Origin: Archangium sp.
GTDB lineage: Bacteria; Myxococcota; Myxococcia; Myxococcales; Myxococcaceae
Assembly (NCBI GenBank): GCA_031367385.1
Contig: JANLPS010000489.1
Span: 8,283 to 72,282, forward strand
DNA: 64,000 nucleotides
Direction of reading: 5' to 3'
The notes below the pieces were generated by a model that was given only the letters and a program-made list of their open reading frames with translations, did not search any database and was not told the DNA's origin. Of the stretch, positions 41,628-50,532 are shown piece after piece. Position numbers and translations under genes: made by a program. Every line of letters begins with the position of its first letter. Within the stretch, counting starts at the first letter, position 1.

Positions 41628-42164
41628 CTACTCAACACCGAGCTGCTTCTTGAGCGCAGGAGGCCCGTGGCCTTCGGGGATCTCTCCGTAGATGCGCCGG
41701 ATGCGATTGTTCTCGAAAAAATAAGTGAAGTACTCAGCCGGCAAGTCGATGGCTTTGCCCGTGGCCTCGAGCTTGGGCACCTCTTTGATGGGGTAGTCGA
41801 GGTACCCCGTGTGGGTGCCCTTGAGAAAGACCGCGACGCGCACCGAGTTGCCCTCGGCTTCGTCGAGCTTCTCGTTGAACCTGAAATCGGGGAAGGCCTG
41901 TTTTCGCGCCTTGTGCATCGCCAGCGCGTCAGCGAACCCGATCTTCGCGAAGAACGGCATGCCCTTCATTTGCATCGAGAATTGCGGGTCGAGCTGCGCT
42001 TGGGCCGCCGGCCAGTCACCGGCCTCGATCGCCCTGAGGTGGGCTTCGACCAGCTCGGTGGGCGACTTCGTGTTGTGGGCCGCCTCGGCGGTCATCGTCG
42101 AGGGCACCGAGGCACAACCCAAGGTGAGGCAGAGAACAACGAGGCAGAAGGGGCGCAAATGCAT
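41628..42164 (-). CDS. SnoaL-like / ester cyclase (NTF2-fold) lipoprotein
   Basis: Lipobox-like LTLGC; AFPDFRF, GTHTG and ATGKAI motifs. Confidence 0.8.
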   Translation of the reverse strand: MHLRPFCLVVLCLTLGCASVPSTMTAEAAHNTKSPTELVEAHLRAIEAGDWPAAQAQLDPQFSMQMKGMPFFAKIGFADALAMHKARKQAFPDFRFNEKLDEAEGNSVRVAVFLKGTHTGYLDYPIKEVPKLEATGKAIDLPAEYFTYFFENNRIRRIYGEIPEGHGPPALKKQLGVE

Positions 42165-42250
42165 GTCATGACATTAACCGTCGGCTGGCGTGCCGTAAAC
42201 GAAATCTGCAGTTGATTGCGGTGCGGCGCGGGGGGCACATGCGGGCCACG

Positions 42251-42904
42251 ATGAAAATGACCATTCTGGGAGCGTCGGGCGGGTGCGGTCAGCAGCTGGT
42301 GAGCCAGGCCCTCGAGCGAGGGCACGAGATACGCGCGGTCGTTCGCGCCTCGACGTCGTGGCAGGCCCCGCGAGGCGTCGAGCGGTTGACCGGCGATCTC
42401 GACGACCCGGCTTTTCTGGGCAGTGCGGTCACCGGCGCTGACGTGGTCTTGAGCGCGCTGGGCCTCCGGCTCAAGAGCATCGCGCCGTGGGCCAGGCCCG
42501 AGGTGGCAGATTTTCTGAGCCGCTCGACGCCCGCGCTGGTGGCGGCGATGAAGGCCGCCGGTGTCACGCGGGTCATCGCCATCTCGGCTGGAGGCGTCGG
42601 AGACAGCGAGCTGCAGGTGCCGGCGGTGTTTCGCGCCTTCATCAAAGCCACAGCGCTTCGGCACGCCTACCAGCAACTGGCGGTGATGGAGTCGGTGTTG
42701 CTCAAGAGCGGGTTGGAGGTCTGTGTGTGCAGGCCGACCGGCCTCACCGATGGCCCGCGCACCGGCGGGGCGAAGGTGGTGACGGCGCTCGAAGGCCGCG
42801 CCACCATCTCGCGAGCCGACGTCGCCGAGTGGATGTTGACCGAGGCCGAGCGGCCCGCGTACCGAGGCCGCACGCCGATGCTGACGGTGACAGGCGCTGC
42901 CTGA
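42251..42904 (+). CDS. NAD(P)H-binding oxidoreductase (flavin reductase / BVR-B-like)
   Basis: ILGASGGCG, ALERGHE, ISAGGVGDS, RPTGLTDG and ISRADVA motifs. Confidence 0.9.
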   Translation: MKMTILGASGGCGQQLVSQALERGHEIRAVVRASTSWQAPRGVERLTGDLDDPAFLGSAVTGADVVLSALGLRLKSIAPWARPEVADFLSRSTPALVAAMKAAGVTRVIAISAGGVGDSELQVPAVFRAFIKATALRHAYQQLAVMESVLLKSGLEVCVCRPTGLTDGPRTGGAKVVTALEGRATISRADVAEWMLTEAERPAYRGRTPMLTVTGAA

Positions 42905-42914
42905 AGCCGCAATT

Positions 42915-43901
42915 TTAGAGCGCTTTCTCCCGCGGGGGGCGATTTCGCGGCGTGAGCCACCCCGCCAAGGCCTCCGCCATTCTTCCACCGGCAGAGAGGG
43001 TCCCCGCCTCGGCGGCGAGCGCTTGCTTCACGGCCTCCTCCAGCACCATCGGAGCCGGGAGCCCGGCGGCCTCCCAATAGCCGGGGCGGGTCGAGAGCAG
43101 GTCTGAGGTCAGCCCCTCGACGAGCTCCCGGGCGACCGAGAAATCGGCGCGCGTCACCAGCCTGATCCAGTGTGACGACAGGCGAGGCGTGATGAGGGGT
43201 ATCTTCAGAAGCAAAGGCTTGCGACCCATCACCGCGGCCAGGCGCTCCAGAATTTCACGACCAGAGAGGGCCTCCGGGCCGGCGATGTCCCACCAGGTGC
43301 TTTGGGGGAGCGCCAGTCGCGCACCCGCGAGGAGCGCCGCGATCACGCCTTCGAGCGCCACCGGTTCGCTGCGGTGCGAGAGCCACGCAGGGAGCACCAT
43401 CGCAGGCAGACGCGCCGCGAGGTCGCGCACGATGGTCCACGAGGCGCTGCCGACGCCGATGATCATGCCGGCCCGGAGCTCGAGCGTCGGTACGGGCCCG
43501 GCACGCAGCACTTCACCGGTCTTCAATCTCGACAGAAGGTGCTCCGAGGGCGGGCCCTGGGGGGCCACTCCGCCCAGGTAGATGATTCGGCCCACCCCTG
43601 CTTGACCCGCGGCCTCGGCAAAATTCTTGGCCCAGCGCAGCTCGTCTTCGGCCCAAAGCGCGACGTGCGAACCCATGCCGTGAACCAGGTAGTAGGCGAT
43701 GTCGCAGCCTTCAAGGGCCGAGCGCAGCGATGCGGGCTCGCCGATATCGCCTTGCACCCAACGCCGGTGCGGCCACTGGCGGCGCGCGTCGTCGGGTCTG
43801 CGGGTCAGGCATCGAACTTCGTACCCGGCCGCCTCCAGCGAACCATGCAGGTTTCGGCCAATGAAACCGGTGGCACCGGTGAGGAGCACACGCTGGGACA
43901 T
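42915..43901 (-). CDS. NAD-dependent epimerase/dehydratase, YbjT-like atypical SDR
   Basis: LLTGATGFIG, AYYLVHGM, IIYLGG, SEHLLSR and LRAGMIIGVGSASW motifs; start at ATG 43901. Confidence 0.9.
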   Translation of the reverse strand: MSQRVLLTGATGFIGRNLHGSLEAAGYEVRCLTRRPDDARRQWPHRRWVQGDIGEPASLRSALEGCDIAYYLVHGMGSHVALWAEDELRWAKNFAEAAGQAGVGRIIYLGGVAPQGPPSEHLLSRLKTGEVLRAGPVPTLELRAGMIIGVGSASWTIVRDLAARLPAMVLPAWLSHRSEPVALEGVIAALLAGARLALPQSTWWDIAGPEALSGREILERLAAVMGRKPLLLKIPLITPRLSSHWIRLVTRADFSVARELVEGLTSDLLSTRPGYWEAAGLPAPMVLEEAVKQALAAEAGTLSAGGRMAEALAGWLTPRNRPPREKAL

Positions 43902-43985
43902 GCCGGCTTCTACCCCGGTGAGGGAGCGGACTCCATCAACCCCGGACCGTGTCGTGCGTTCTCTGAGGTGGTAGACGCACGGCTG

Positions 43986-45347
43986 ATGGCAGCGAAAGAC
44001 ATTGCAGGGCCGGGCATGCTCGAGTTCTTGGGTGGCGTACGCCGGCACGGGTTTCTCGAGTACGTCGAACGGCTGTGGCGTACGCACGGCGATCTGTTTC
44101 AAGTGCGAGTCGGCCCCAGAAGGCTGGTCTTCGCCATGCACCCCGAAGCGGTCGGCCAGGTCAACGTCGGCAACCGGCAGAACTACGACAAGCTGGGCAG
44201 CTACGACCTGGTCAGGCGCCGGCTGCTGGGCGAGGGGCTGCTGGCGAGCACCGGTGACCTGTGGCGCCGGCAACGCAAGCTGATGGCGCCCTTTTACACG
44301 CCCAAGGGTGTGCAGGCCTACGCGGCCATCATGCTCAAAGACGCCGCGCGACTGGTTGAGCGATGGCAGGGGCTGGCGGCTCAGCGCGCGCAGATCGAGA
44401 TGGCCGAAGAGATGACCTTCGTCACCGCGTCGATCATTCTCGAGGCGATGTTCAGCACCGAGACGACTGAATCGATCGTCGACATGAAAGACGCGGTCGA
44501 GACGATGATCGCCTTCGTCAGCGCCCAGCAGTCGGGCCTGGTGGCGCCGCTGTGGCTGCCCACGGCCCGCAACCGCAAGTACCTCGCCGCGCAGCAGCTG
44601 GTTCACCGGTCGATCAACGGGTTGATCGCTCAGCGGCGCGAGACCCCTGAGGCGCAATGGCCTGACGACCTGCTCTCACGCCTGATGCGCTCGCGAGATG
44701 AGGAAACCGGCGAGGCGATGTCGCAGAGCCTGTTGCGTGACGAGTCGATCACCACTTTCTTCGCGGGCCACGAGACCACCGCGCGCACGATGACCTTCAC
44801 CTGGTACGCGCTCGCGGCGAACCCCGGGGTCGCAGCGCGGCTTCACGAAGAGCTCGACGGCGTGCTCGAAGACCGCACACCCACCACGGACGATCTGCGG
44901 CAGCTGCCCTATGCGTTGCAGGTCATCAAAGAGGTGCTGCGGCTCTACCCCCCGGCGCCGTTCTACGTGCGTGACGCGAAGGGCGAAGACACCATCGACG
45001 GTCGCGCAGTGCCCAAAGGGGCGGCGGTGATGATGTCTCCGTACTTCACGCACCGGCACCCCGACTTCTGGCCCGACCCGCTGTTCTTCAACCCCGACCG
45101 GTGGGCGAAAGACCAAGAATCGGCGCGCCACCCCTACGCGTACCACCCCTTCGCCGCGGGCCAGCGCATCTGCATCGGCAACAACTTCTCGCTGCTCGAG
45201 AGCCACCTCTTGCTCGCCGTGTTGGCCCACCGTTTCGCGCCGCGCCTGCAGCCCGGGTTCGCGCCGCGCTGGGTGATGCAGGGCACGCTCGGCACCTCGA
45301 ATGGGTTTCCGATGGTGCTCGAGCCGCGGAGCAAGCCGCAGGGGTGA
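43986..45347 (+). CDS. Cytochrome P450
   Basis: AGHETT (I-helix), EVLR (ExxR), FNPDRW, heme motif FAAGQRICIG; start at ATG 43986. Confidence 0.96.
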   Translation: MAAKDIAGPGMLEFLGGVRRHGFLEYVERLWRTHGDLFQVRVGPRRLVFAMHPEAVGQVNVGNRQNYDKLGSYDLVRRRLLGEGLLASTGDLWRRQRKLMAPFYTPKGVQAYAAIMLKDAARLVERWQGLAAQRAQIEMAEEMTFVTASIILEAMFSTETTESIVDMKDAVETMIAFVSAQQSGLVAPLWLPTARNRKYLAAQQLVHRSINGLIAQRRETPEAQWPDDLLSRLMRSRDEETGEAMSQSLLRDESITTFFAGHETTARTMTFTWYALAANPGVAARLHEELDGVLEDRTPTTDDLRQLPYALQVIKEVLRLYPPAPFYVRDAKGEDTIDGRAVPKGAAVMMSPYFTHRHPDFWPDPLFFNPDRWAKDQESARHPYAYHPFAAGQRICIGNNFSLLESHLLLAVLAHRFAPRLQPGFAPRWVMQGTLGTSNGFPMVLEPRSKPQG

Positions 45348-45354
45348 GACGACG

Positions 45355-45813
45355 TCAGGCCTTGTGGTACGGCTCGCCGCGAATGATGGTCACCGCGCGG
45401 TAGACCTGCTCCAGCAACACCAGGCGGGCCAGCCGGTGCGGCATGGTCATCGCCGAGAGTGAGAGTACCAGTGCGGCTTTGGTGCGAACGGCGTCAGAGA
45501 GCCCCTCGTCACCGCCGATGGCGAAGGCCACGTCGCGACCCTGCATCTGTTGACCCGAGAGCCACTTGGCGAACTCGACGCTCGAGAGGCTCTTGCCGCG
45601 CTCGTCGAGGGCTACCAGGCAGTCGCGGGGCCCCAGCTTGGCCAGCAGCGCCGCACCCTCGTCGGTCTTCGCCTTGTCGCCCGACGCGCGTGACTCCGGC
45701 AGCTCGAGCAGCTGCACTTTGAAGCCATGCGAGAGGCGCTCGGCGTACTCGGTCACGCCAGGCGAAAAGAGCCCGGAGCGATCTTTACCGACCGACAGAA
45801 CGGTGAGCTTCAG
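45355..45813 (-). CDS. rlmH: 23S rRNA (pseudouridine1915-N3)-methyltransferase
   Basis: LDERGK..SS.EFA, FAIGGDEG, SLSAMTMPHRLARLVLLEQVYRA and GEPYHK motifs; family-like sequence begins at CTG 45813. Confidence 0.95.
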   Translation of the reverse strand: MKLTVLSVGKDRSGLFSPGVTEYAERLSHGFKVQLLELPESRASGDKAKTDEGAALLAKLGPRDCLVALDERGKSLSSVEFAKWLSGQQMQGRDVAFAIGGDEGLSDAVRTKAALVLSLSAMTMPHRLARLVLLEQVYRAVTIIRGEPYHKA

Positions 45814-46424
45814 CCGGCCACCGAGACGCGCGGAGCGTCGCTCCACAGCCCTTCGATGTCGTAGGTCTCGCGCTTGTCGGGCGTGAAGAAGTGCACCACC
45901 ACGTCGTCGAAGTTGACCAACACCCAGTCAGGCGAGGCCTCGACCCCGCTGGCGTTGCGGCCGGTCAGCTTGACCGCTTCGCGGGCTGCGTCGGCGAGGG
46001 CTTCGAGCTGGCGATCGCTCTCGGCGGTGGCGAGCACCACGTAGTCGTACCCGACGGCCGCGCCTTTGCGCCGCACGTCGAGAATCATCACGTCGAGGGC
46101 TTTCTTTTCGCTGGCGCTGTGCGCGACGAGCTGGGCCAACTTGAGCGCCTCGTCGTTGGGAGGCATCGCGGGCCGAACGCTGGGCTTCTTGGGCTTGCTC
46201 GGCTTGGCCTTGGCGCGAAGCGAGGGCCGCTTCGACTTTCGCACCACCCGCTTCTTCGACGACGACGGGGCCGCCTTGCGCTTCGGAGCGGCCTTCGACG
46301 ACTTCGCCGACCTGGAGGGCTTCGAGGCCTTCGCCGGCTTGGCGCTCGCGCGCTTCGGCGCGGCTTTGCTCGAGGTCTTCTTCGCGGGCTTCTTGCTGGT
46401 GGGCTTTTTCTTCTTGGCGGCCAT
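45810..46424 (-). CDS. rsfS: Ribosome silencing factor with a Lys/Ala/Ser-rich N-terminal extension
   Basis: EKKALDVMILDV, DYVVLATAESDRQ, WVLVNFDDVVVHFF...RETYDIEGLWSDA motifs; adjacent to rlmH. Confidence 0.93.
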   Translation of the reverse strand: MAAKKKKPTSKKPAKKTSSKAAPKRASAKPAKASKPSRSAKSSKAAPKRKAAPSSSKKRVVRKSKRPSLRAKAKPSKPKKPSVRPAMPPNDEALKLAQLVAHSASEKKALDVMILDVRRKGAAVGYDYVVLATAESDRQLEALADAAREAVKLTGRNASGVEASPDWVLVNFDDVVVHFFTPDKRETYDIEGLWSDAPRVSVAG

Positions 46425-46486
46425 GCCGCGGCTTGTACCCTAAGGTCTCCATGGCAGGCCACGCTTCTTGTCGGGGCGGCAGCCGC

Positions 46487-48109
46487 TCACGGGGTGCCGG
46501 CGTCTCGCGCGAGGGCCGGCGGAGCGACCGCGGGCACCCCGGCATCAGCGACCTGGGGTAGCTCGGGCACGGTCGCGCTCAGCCCCTGCATCAGTGACCC
46601 GGCCGTTGTCTCAGCGGGCAGGGCGGTGCCTTTGGCCCACAGGTTCAGCAAGGCTTGACCCGCTTCAGGCCTGCGCCACCAGCCAGGGCCCAGGCGCTCG
46701 CGCAGGGTGGCCGCGAGCAGCATCGAGCGGAGCATGGTGGCCGAGCGGAGAAAGTCATCGGTCTCGAGCCGCATGCGCACCCCGTCTTCGGGGGTCATCT
46801 TCACGCCCAGCGCATGGGTCATGATGGCCACGAAGCGGGCGCGGGCCGCGGCATCGGGCATGTCGGTCAGCTCGAGCCTGGCCAGCACGGTGCCGGCCGC
46901 TCGGCGAAGGGCGAACAATTGCTGTGCCTTGGCGGCCGCGCGCACGGCGGAGCGGTCATTGACCTTCATCTCGGCGAGCCACTCGTCTTCGGTGAGCAGG
47001 GTCGCGAAGAGGGCGCCGCCCAGCTGGGTGATGGCGGGGTCTCCCAGGCGCGAGGTCTCGAAGTGGCCGGTCTTCGACGAGAGCAGGGCGAGCGCGGTGC
47101 CGAGCTCAGAGAGCAGCAGCGCCTGATCTTTGAGCCCGCCCAGCGGTCGAAAGCTGACCCGCACATCGTTGCCCCGCGGCGCCACCGTCAGCGGCAGCGG
47201 GTTTTTCTTCGCCGCCTCGGCCAGGTCGAGGGTCAGCCCCGGCCGGCCGTACAACCCGAGGGTGCCCAGGGTCTGCACCGCCCTCGCCGCCACCTGCGCC
47301 TTGGGAAATGCGGCGTCGACGTTTTGAGGCACCTTGAGCAGCCTCGGCAAGTCGGCGCGGGTGATCGCCTCGAGGGGCAGCTTGAGCTCGTTGTCAGAGA
47401 GCTCTTTGAGCGTGGCGCGCCAGAGCTCGTCGGTGTGCTCGAGCAGCCGCGATGAGACCTTGGCCAAGGCATCGAGGTCGAGCTCGCGGCTCTCGGTCGC
47501 GAAGTCGAGGGCGGAGGTGACCTCGAGCGAGGCGAGCACGTCTTTGACCTTCGCGTCGCGCTTGCCCAGCGCCGCGTCGAGCTGCTCCGCGGGTACCAAA
47601 CAGGCCGCCCACAACGCCTTGCGCTTGACCGCGCTCTTCTCGTTCACCAACTGCCGGGTCAGCTCGCGCCAGTGCTGTTCTTTCGTGTCGACGGTGCAGA
47701 TGAGAGACGCCTCGAGGTTGGCGATGGTGGTGTTTTCTTCAGCCACCCCGCGGGCGAGCAGGTCGCCGACGATGAAGTACTCGAGGTGACGGGCCACGCG
47801 AGGGTCGGCGGCGTTGATCTCGCGAGCGCGTCGCACCAGGTTGAGCGCGTCGTGGGTCAACCAGACTCCGCCATCTTGGCCCGACACGTCGAGGGTGGCG
47901 CCTTGGGTCCAATGCGACCAGAGGGCTTCGTCGGAGCGTTGAATCAGCTGCTCGGCCTGCGCGGAGATGCGCTCGAGCTTGGGTCGCAGCGCCTCGACCT
48001 CGGGGTTGCCGGCGTCGAGCGCCTGGCTCTGCGCGAGGTCGTTGCCTTGATCAACCGACCGGCACCCCGCGAGGGCGCAACACGTTGCAACGACGCAGGC
48101 TCGAAACAT
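46487..48109 (-). CDS. Lipoprotein with a probable M3/M32 zincin-like fold and a degenerate active site
   Basis: Lipobox ALAGC from ATG 48109; all-helical; GGLKDQALLLSELGTAL sits where HExGH is expected. Confidence 0.6.
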   Translation of the reverse strand: MFRACVVATCCALAGCRSVDQGNDLAQSQALDAGNPEVEALRPKLERISAQAEQLIQRSDEALWSHWTQGATLDVSGQDGGVWLTHDALNLVRRAREINAADPRVARHLEYFIVGDLLARGVAEENTTIANLEASLICTVDTKEQHWRELTRQLVNEKSAVKRKALWAACLVPAEQLDAALGKRDAKVKDVLASLEVTSALDFATESRELDLDALAKVSSRLLEHTDELWRATLKELSDNELKLPLEAITRADLPRLLKVPQNVDAAFPKAQVAARAVQTLGTLGLYGRPGLTLDLAEAAKKNPLPLTVAPRGNDVRVSFRPLGGLKDQALLLSELGTALALLSSKTGHFETSRLGDPAITQLGGALFATLLTEDEWLAEMKVNDRSAVRAAAKAQQLFALRRAAGTVLARLELTDMPDAAARARFVAIMTHALGVKMTPEDGVRMRLETDDFLRSATMLRSMLLAATLRERLGPGWWRRPEAGQALLNLWAKGTALPAETTAGSLMQGLSATVPELPQVADAGVPAVAPPALARDAGTP

Positions 48110-48309
48110 GGCGCGCACTGTACCCGGTTGCGCTCGGGCGGCTTGCTCTTCATTCGGCGGAGGTGGTGACCGCAGCCTTCGCAGAAGCGCACGATTTGCG
48201 TTCTCGTTCGGGTTTTGCGCGCAGAAACGCACTCCAGGCCTTCGCGGTGCCGGTCGCGAAGTGGGCTGATTTGGTCAGCGGTCTCCGTTCAACTTCGGGC
48301 GGTGCGACC

Positions 48310-48530
48310 ATGACCCACCGGGTGACCTGCATCGACAGTGAGCTCGACCTCAGCGAGGCCGGGGCATTCTCAACGAGGCCGACCTGCTGCTGTGAGTCGT
48401 TTCGAAGGCGCTGCGCGCTCCGCCGAGGTTCGGTGCGAGCGCCTCACCGGCCGTGAATCATCTGCCGCTCGATGCGGTGGGTCTGCTGGTCGAGGGCATC
48501 ACGACGGTGGGCGTCGTGCGGCGCTTGGAG
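48310..48530 (+). pseudogene. Decayed CBS-domain gene remnant
   Basis: Fragments MTHRVTCIDSELDLSEA / (frameshift) GILNEADLLL* / VNHLPLDAVGLLVEGITTVGVVRRL match CBS motifs in order. Confidence 0.5.
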
Positions 48531-48541
48531 ACGGCCGCTCT

Positions 48542-48982
48542 TCAGCGAGGCGATGAAAGTCGCTGCTGCGCTGAGTGCCGCTGCCAGCGTGCTCCCACGA
48601 AGACGATCGAGACGGCGAGGAGGAGATAGATCGCCTGCAACGGCGGGCGGTTCGAGTAGCCGATGATCGAGATCTGCACGGTGAGCCAGATGGCCAGCGA
48701 CACGCCCACTCCGATCGTCAGGAGCGGCGCGAACCGCTGCTGACGCCAGACGAGCACCGCCACGAGGGCCGGCATGATGCCCAGCACCGTGAACAAGAGG
48801 CACCCTGGCCAGAAGGAGTTGCCGAACGGAGAGCCACGCAGCGCTGACAGCGGCAGAGGAAGGAGCTCGCCCTCGGGGCCCAGCATCAAAGCCGCCCCGC
48901 CCCCGATGGCGCCGAGGCTCAGAACGCTTTCGAGCACGAACGCGGTCATCGCCAATGGGCTGTGTGCCTGTCGCTTGTTCAT
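48542..48982 (-). CDS. Hypothetical integral membrane protein (about 4 TM)
   Basis: LGAIGGGAALMLGP.G..L.LP...L.GSPF..F.PG..LF and IWLTVQI motifs. Confidence 0.75.
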   Translation of the reverse strand: MNKRQAHSPLAMTAFVLESVLSLGAIGGGAALMLGPEGELLPLPLSALRGSPFGNSFWPGCLLFTVLGIMPALVAVLVWRQQRFAPLLTIGVGVSLAIWLTVQISIIGYSNRPPLQAIYLLLAVSIVFVGARWQRHSAQQRLSSPR

Positions 48983-49088
48983 GGAGCGGGTGAACGCAAG
49001 CGTCGGTCCGCGAGGGATGGCGTGGTCGGCGGCACGTGCGGTGCACGTTCGAAGTCGCACACCTCACTCACCTCGAAAGAAGACCGTC

Positions 49089-49352
49089 ATGACTCCAAAC
49101 AGCCAGGCCGCCGTCGATTTGAAGCAGGCCATCAGCGACTCGTTGAGCGTACTTCGCCGTCTCCGTGACGAGATTCGAGTCAACATTCACCTCGCGCGAA
49201 TGGACGCGAAGGATCGTTGGAATGCGTTGGAACCGCAGTTTTCGGTCGCCGAAAAAGCAGCGCTCGAGTTGAGCGAGGTGTCGAAGCGCACCGTGCAGGC
49301 GACCGTCGAGGCGTTCGAGCTGCTCAAAGCGTCTCTGACCGCCAAGGCGTGA
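49089..49352 (+). CDS. Small helical hypothetical protein
   Basis: LRRLRDEIRVNIHLARMDAKDRWNALE motif; GAAGA 5 nt before the ATG. Confidence 0.75.
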   Translation: MTPNSQAAVDLKQAISDSLSVLRRLRDEIRVNIHLARMDAKDRWNALEPQFSVAEKAALELSEVSKRTVQATVEAFELLKASLTAKA

Positions 49353-49396
49353 GCCAGCGAGCGAACGTCACCGACGCGGTGGGTCGAGACGCCAGC

Positions 49397-50497
49397 TCAT
49401 GCGGCCAAGGCAGTCTGGGTCAAAGGCGTCAACCGTTCGACCACGTACGCACGAGTCTCCAAGTACGTGCGTTGCTCGAGCGCAGGCCCTGCGATGCCGT
49501 AGCGCTCGAGGTTCAGGTCAACCGTGAGCGCGGTGGTCTTTGACTGCATCGGCAGCGCGTTGAGGGCGCCACGCAGGGCCTGGCGAACGGCGAGCCCTCC
49601 TTCTGACAAGCACCACTCCACCACGTCCCACCCGTGGCGCGAATGCCGGCCTTCGTCGCTCGCGAGCTCTTTGAGCAACCGCGCGGTCGCCGGGTCTTCA
49701 CAGCCAGTCACCAGCTTGGCGATCAGCCGCGCCGAGAACCCCTCGAGTAACGCTCCCTCGACCAGCGAATCGACCGCCAGCTGCGCCAACGCCAACTCGC
49801 GCACCGCCGGCACCCTGCGCTTCGTCGCCGCCTGGGGAAAAGGGGCTGGCCCCTGCGCTCGCCCATCGAGCGAGGCCGCCAGTGAGAAGCAGAGCTCGGC
49901 ATGCCGAACCTCATCGAGCGCGTCGCGCTGGGCGCTCGCCAGCAACGAGGCAGGCGCTCCCAGGCTCATCAGGTCGAGCGTCAGCTGCGCGAACGCCGCC
50001 ACTGAGGCGTGTTCGGTGCGGCCGTTCTGTCGCCACTGCTCGGCCAAGGGCGCCCGAAATGCGTCAGGCACCACCGGCTGCAGCGGCACCGTGCTCCAGC
50101 TCGGGTCTTCTTTGAGTGACGCCAACAACAGCTTGCCGTTTCGACGCAGCTGCCGGCCGCGAGAGAACCCGGCCATCATCATACCGGTCATCACGAAGCC
50201 GAGAAATGAGAGCGCGCCCGCCGTCATGAACCCGCCCCAGGGCACCTCCCGCTGCTTCTCGACGAGCGCCAACAGCATCGAGCCCAGCGCCCGAAGCCCC
50301 GCCCAGGCGAAGAGCACCAGGGGCGTAAGCCAGGCCACAATCGAGATGACGCCTGCGGTCTCTCGAGGCAGCCGCATCACGCCTAAAACCACCGTGAGAA
50401 TCAGCGCGAAGACGAACGCGGTGACTCCAGCAGCAACGAACAGGTACGTCGGGCGAGCTGACGGCGGCTCGGCTTCGGCGGTCGCGTTTTCGGGCAT
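49397..50497 (-). CDS. Membrane-anchored ferritin-like (di-iron) domain protein
   Basis: Three N-terminal TMs; EHASVAAF, DEVRH, EGALLE and DEGRH motifs; start at ATG 50497. Confidence 0.85.
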   Translation of the reverse strand: MPENATAEAEPPSARPTYLFVAAGVTAFVFALILTVVLGVMRLPRETAGVISIVAWLTPLVLFAWAGLRALGSMLLALVEKQREVPWGGFMTAGALSFLGFVMTGMMMAGFSRGRQLRRNGKLLLASLKEDPSWSTVPLQPVVPDAFRAPLAEQWRQNGRTEHASVAAFAQLTLDLMSLGAPASLLASAQRDALDEVRHAELCFSLAASLDGRAQGPAPFPQAATKRRVPAVRELALAQLAVDSLVEGALLEGFSARLIAKLVTGCEDPATARLLKELASDEGRHSRHGWDVVEWCLSEGGLAVRQALRGALNALPMQSKTTALTVDLNLERYGIAGPALEQRTYLETRAYVVERLTPLTQTALAA

Positions 50498-50532
50498 CGA
50501 AGCAGGGTAGCACCGTGCTCGCCCAGAGCGCT

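Noticed and set aside
43302..44657. Apparent long overlap between the extended epimerase ORF (to 44657) and the extended P450 ORF (from 43302)
   Set aside because: Family motifs begin at ATG 43901 (minus) and ATG 43986 (plus). The extensions are antisense read-through of divergent genes.
41628..45347. Secondary-metabolite biosynthetic gene cluster
   Set aside because: No PKS, NRPS, terpene synthase or RiPP precursor is nearby; only tailoring-like enzymes are present.
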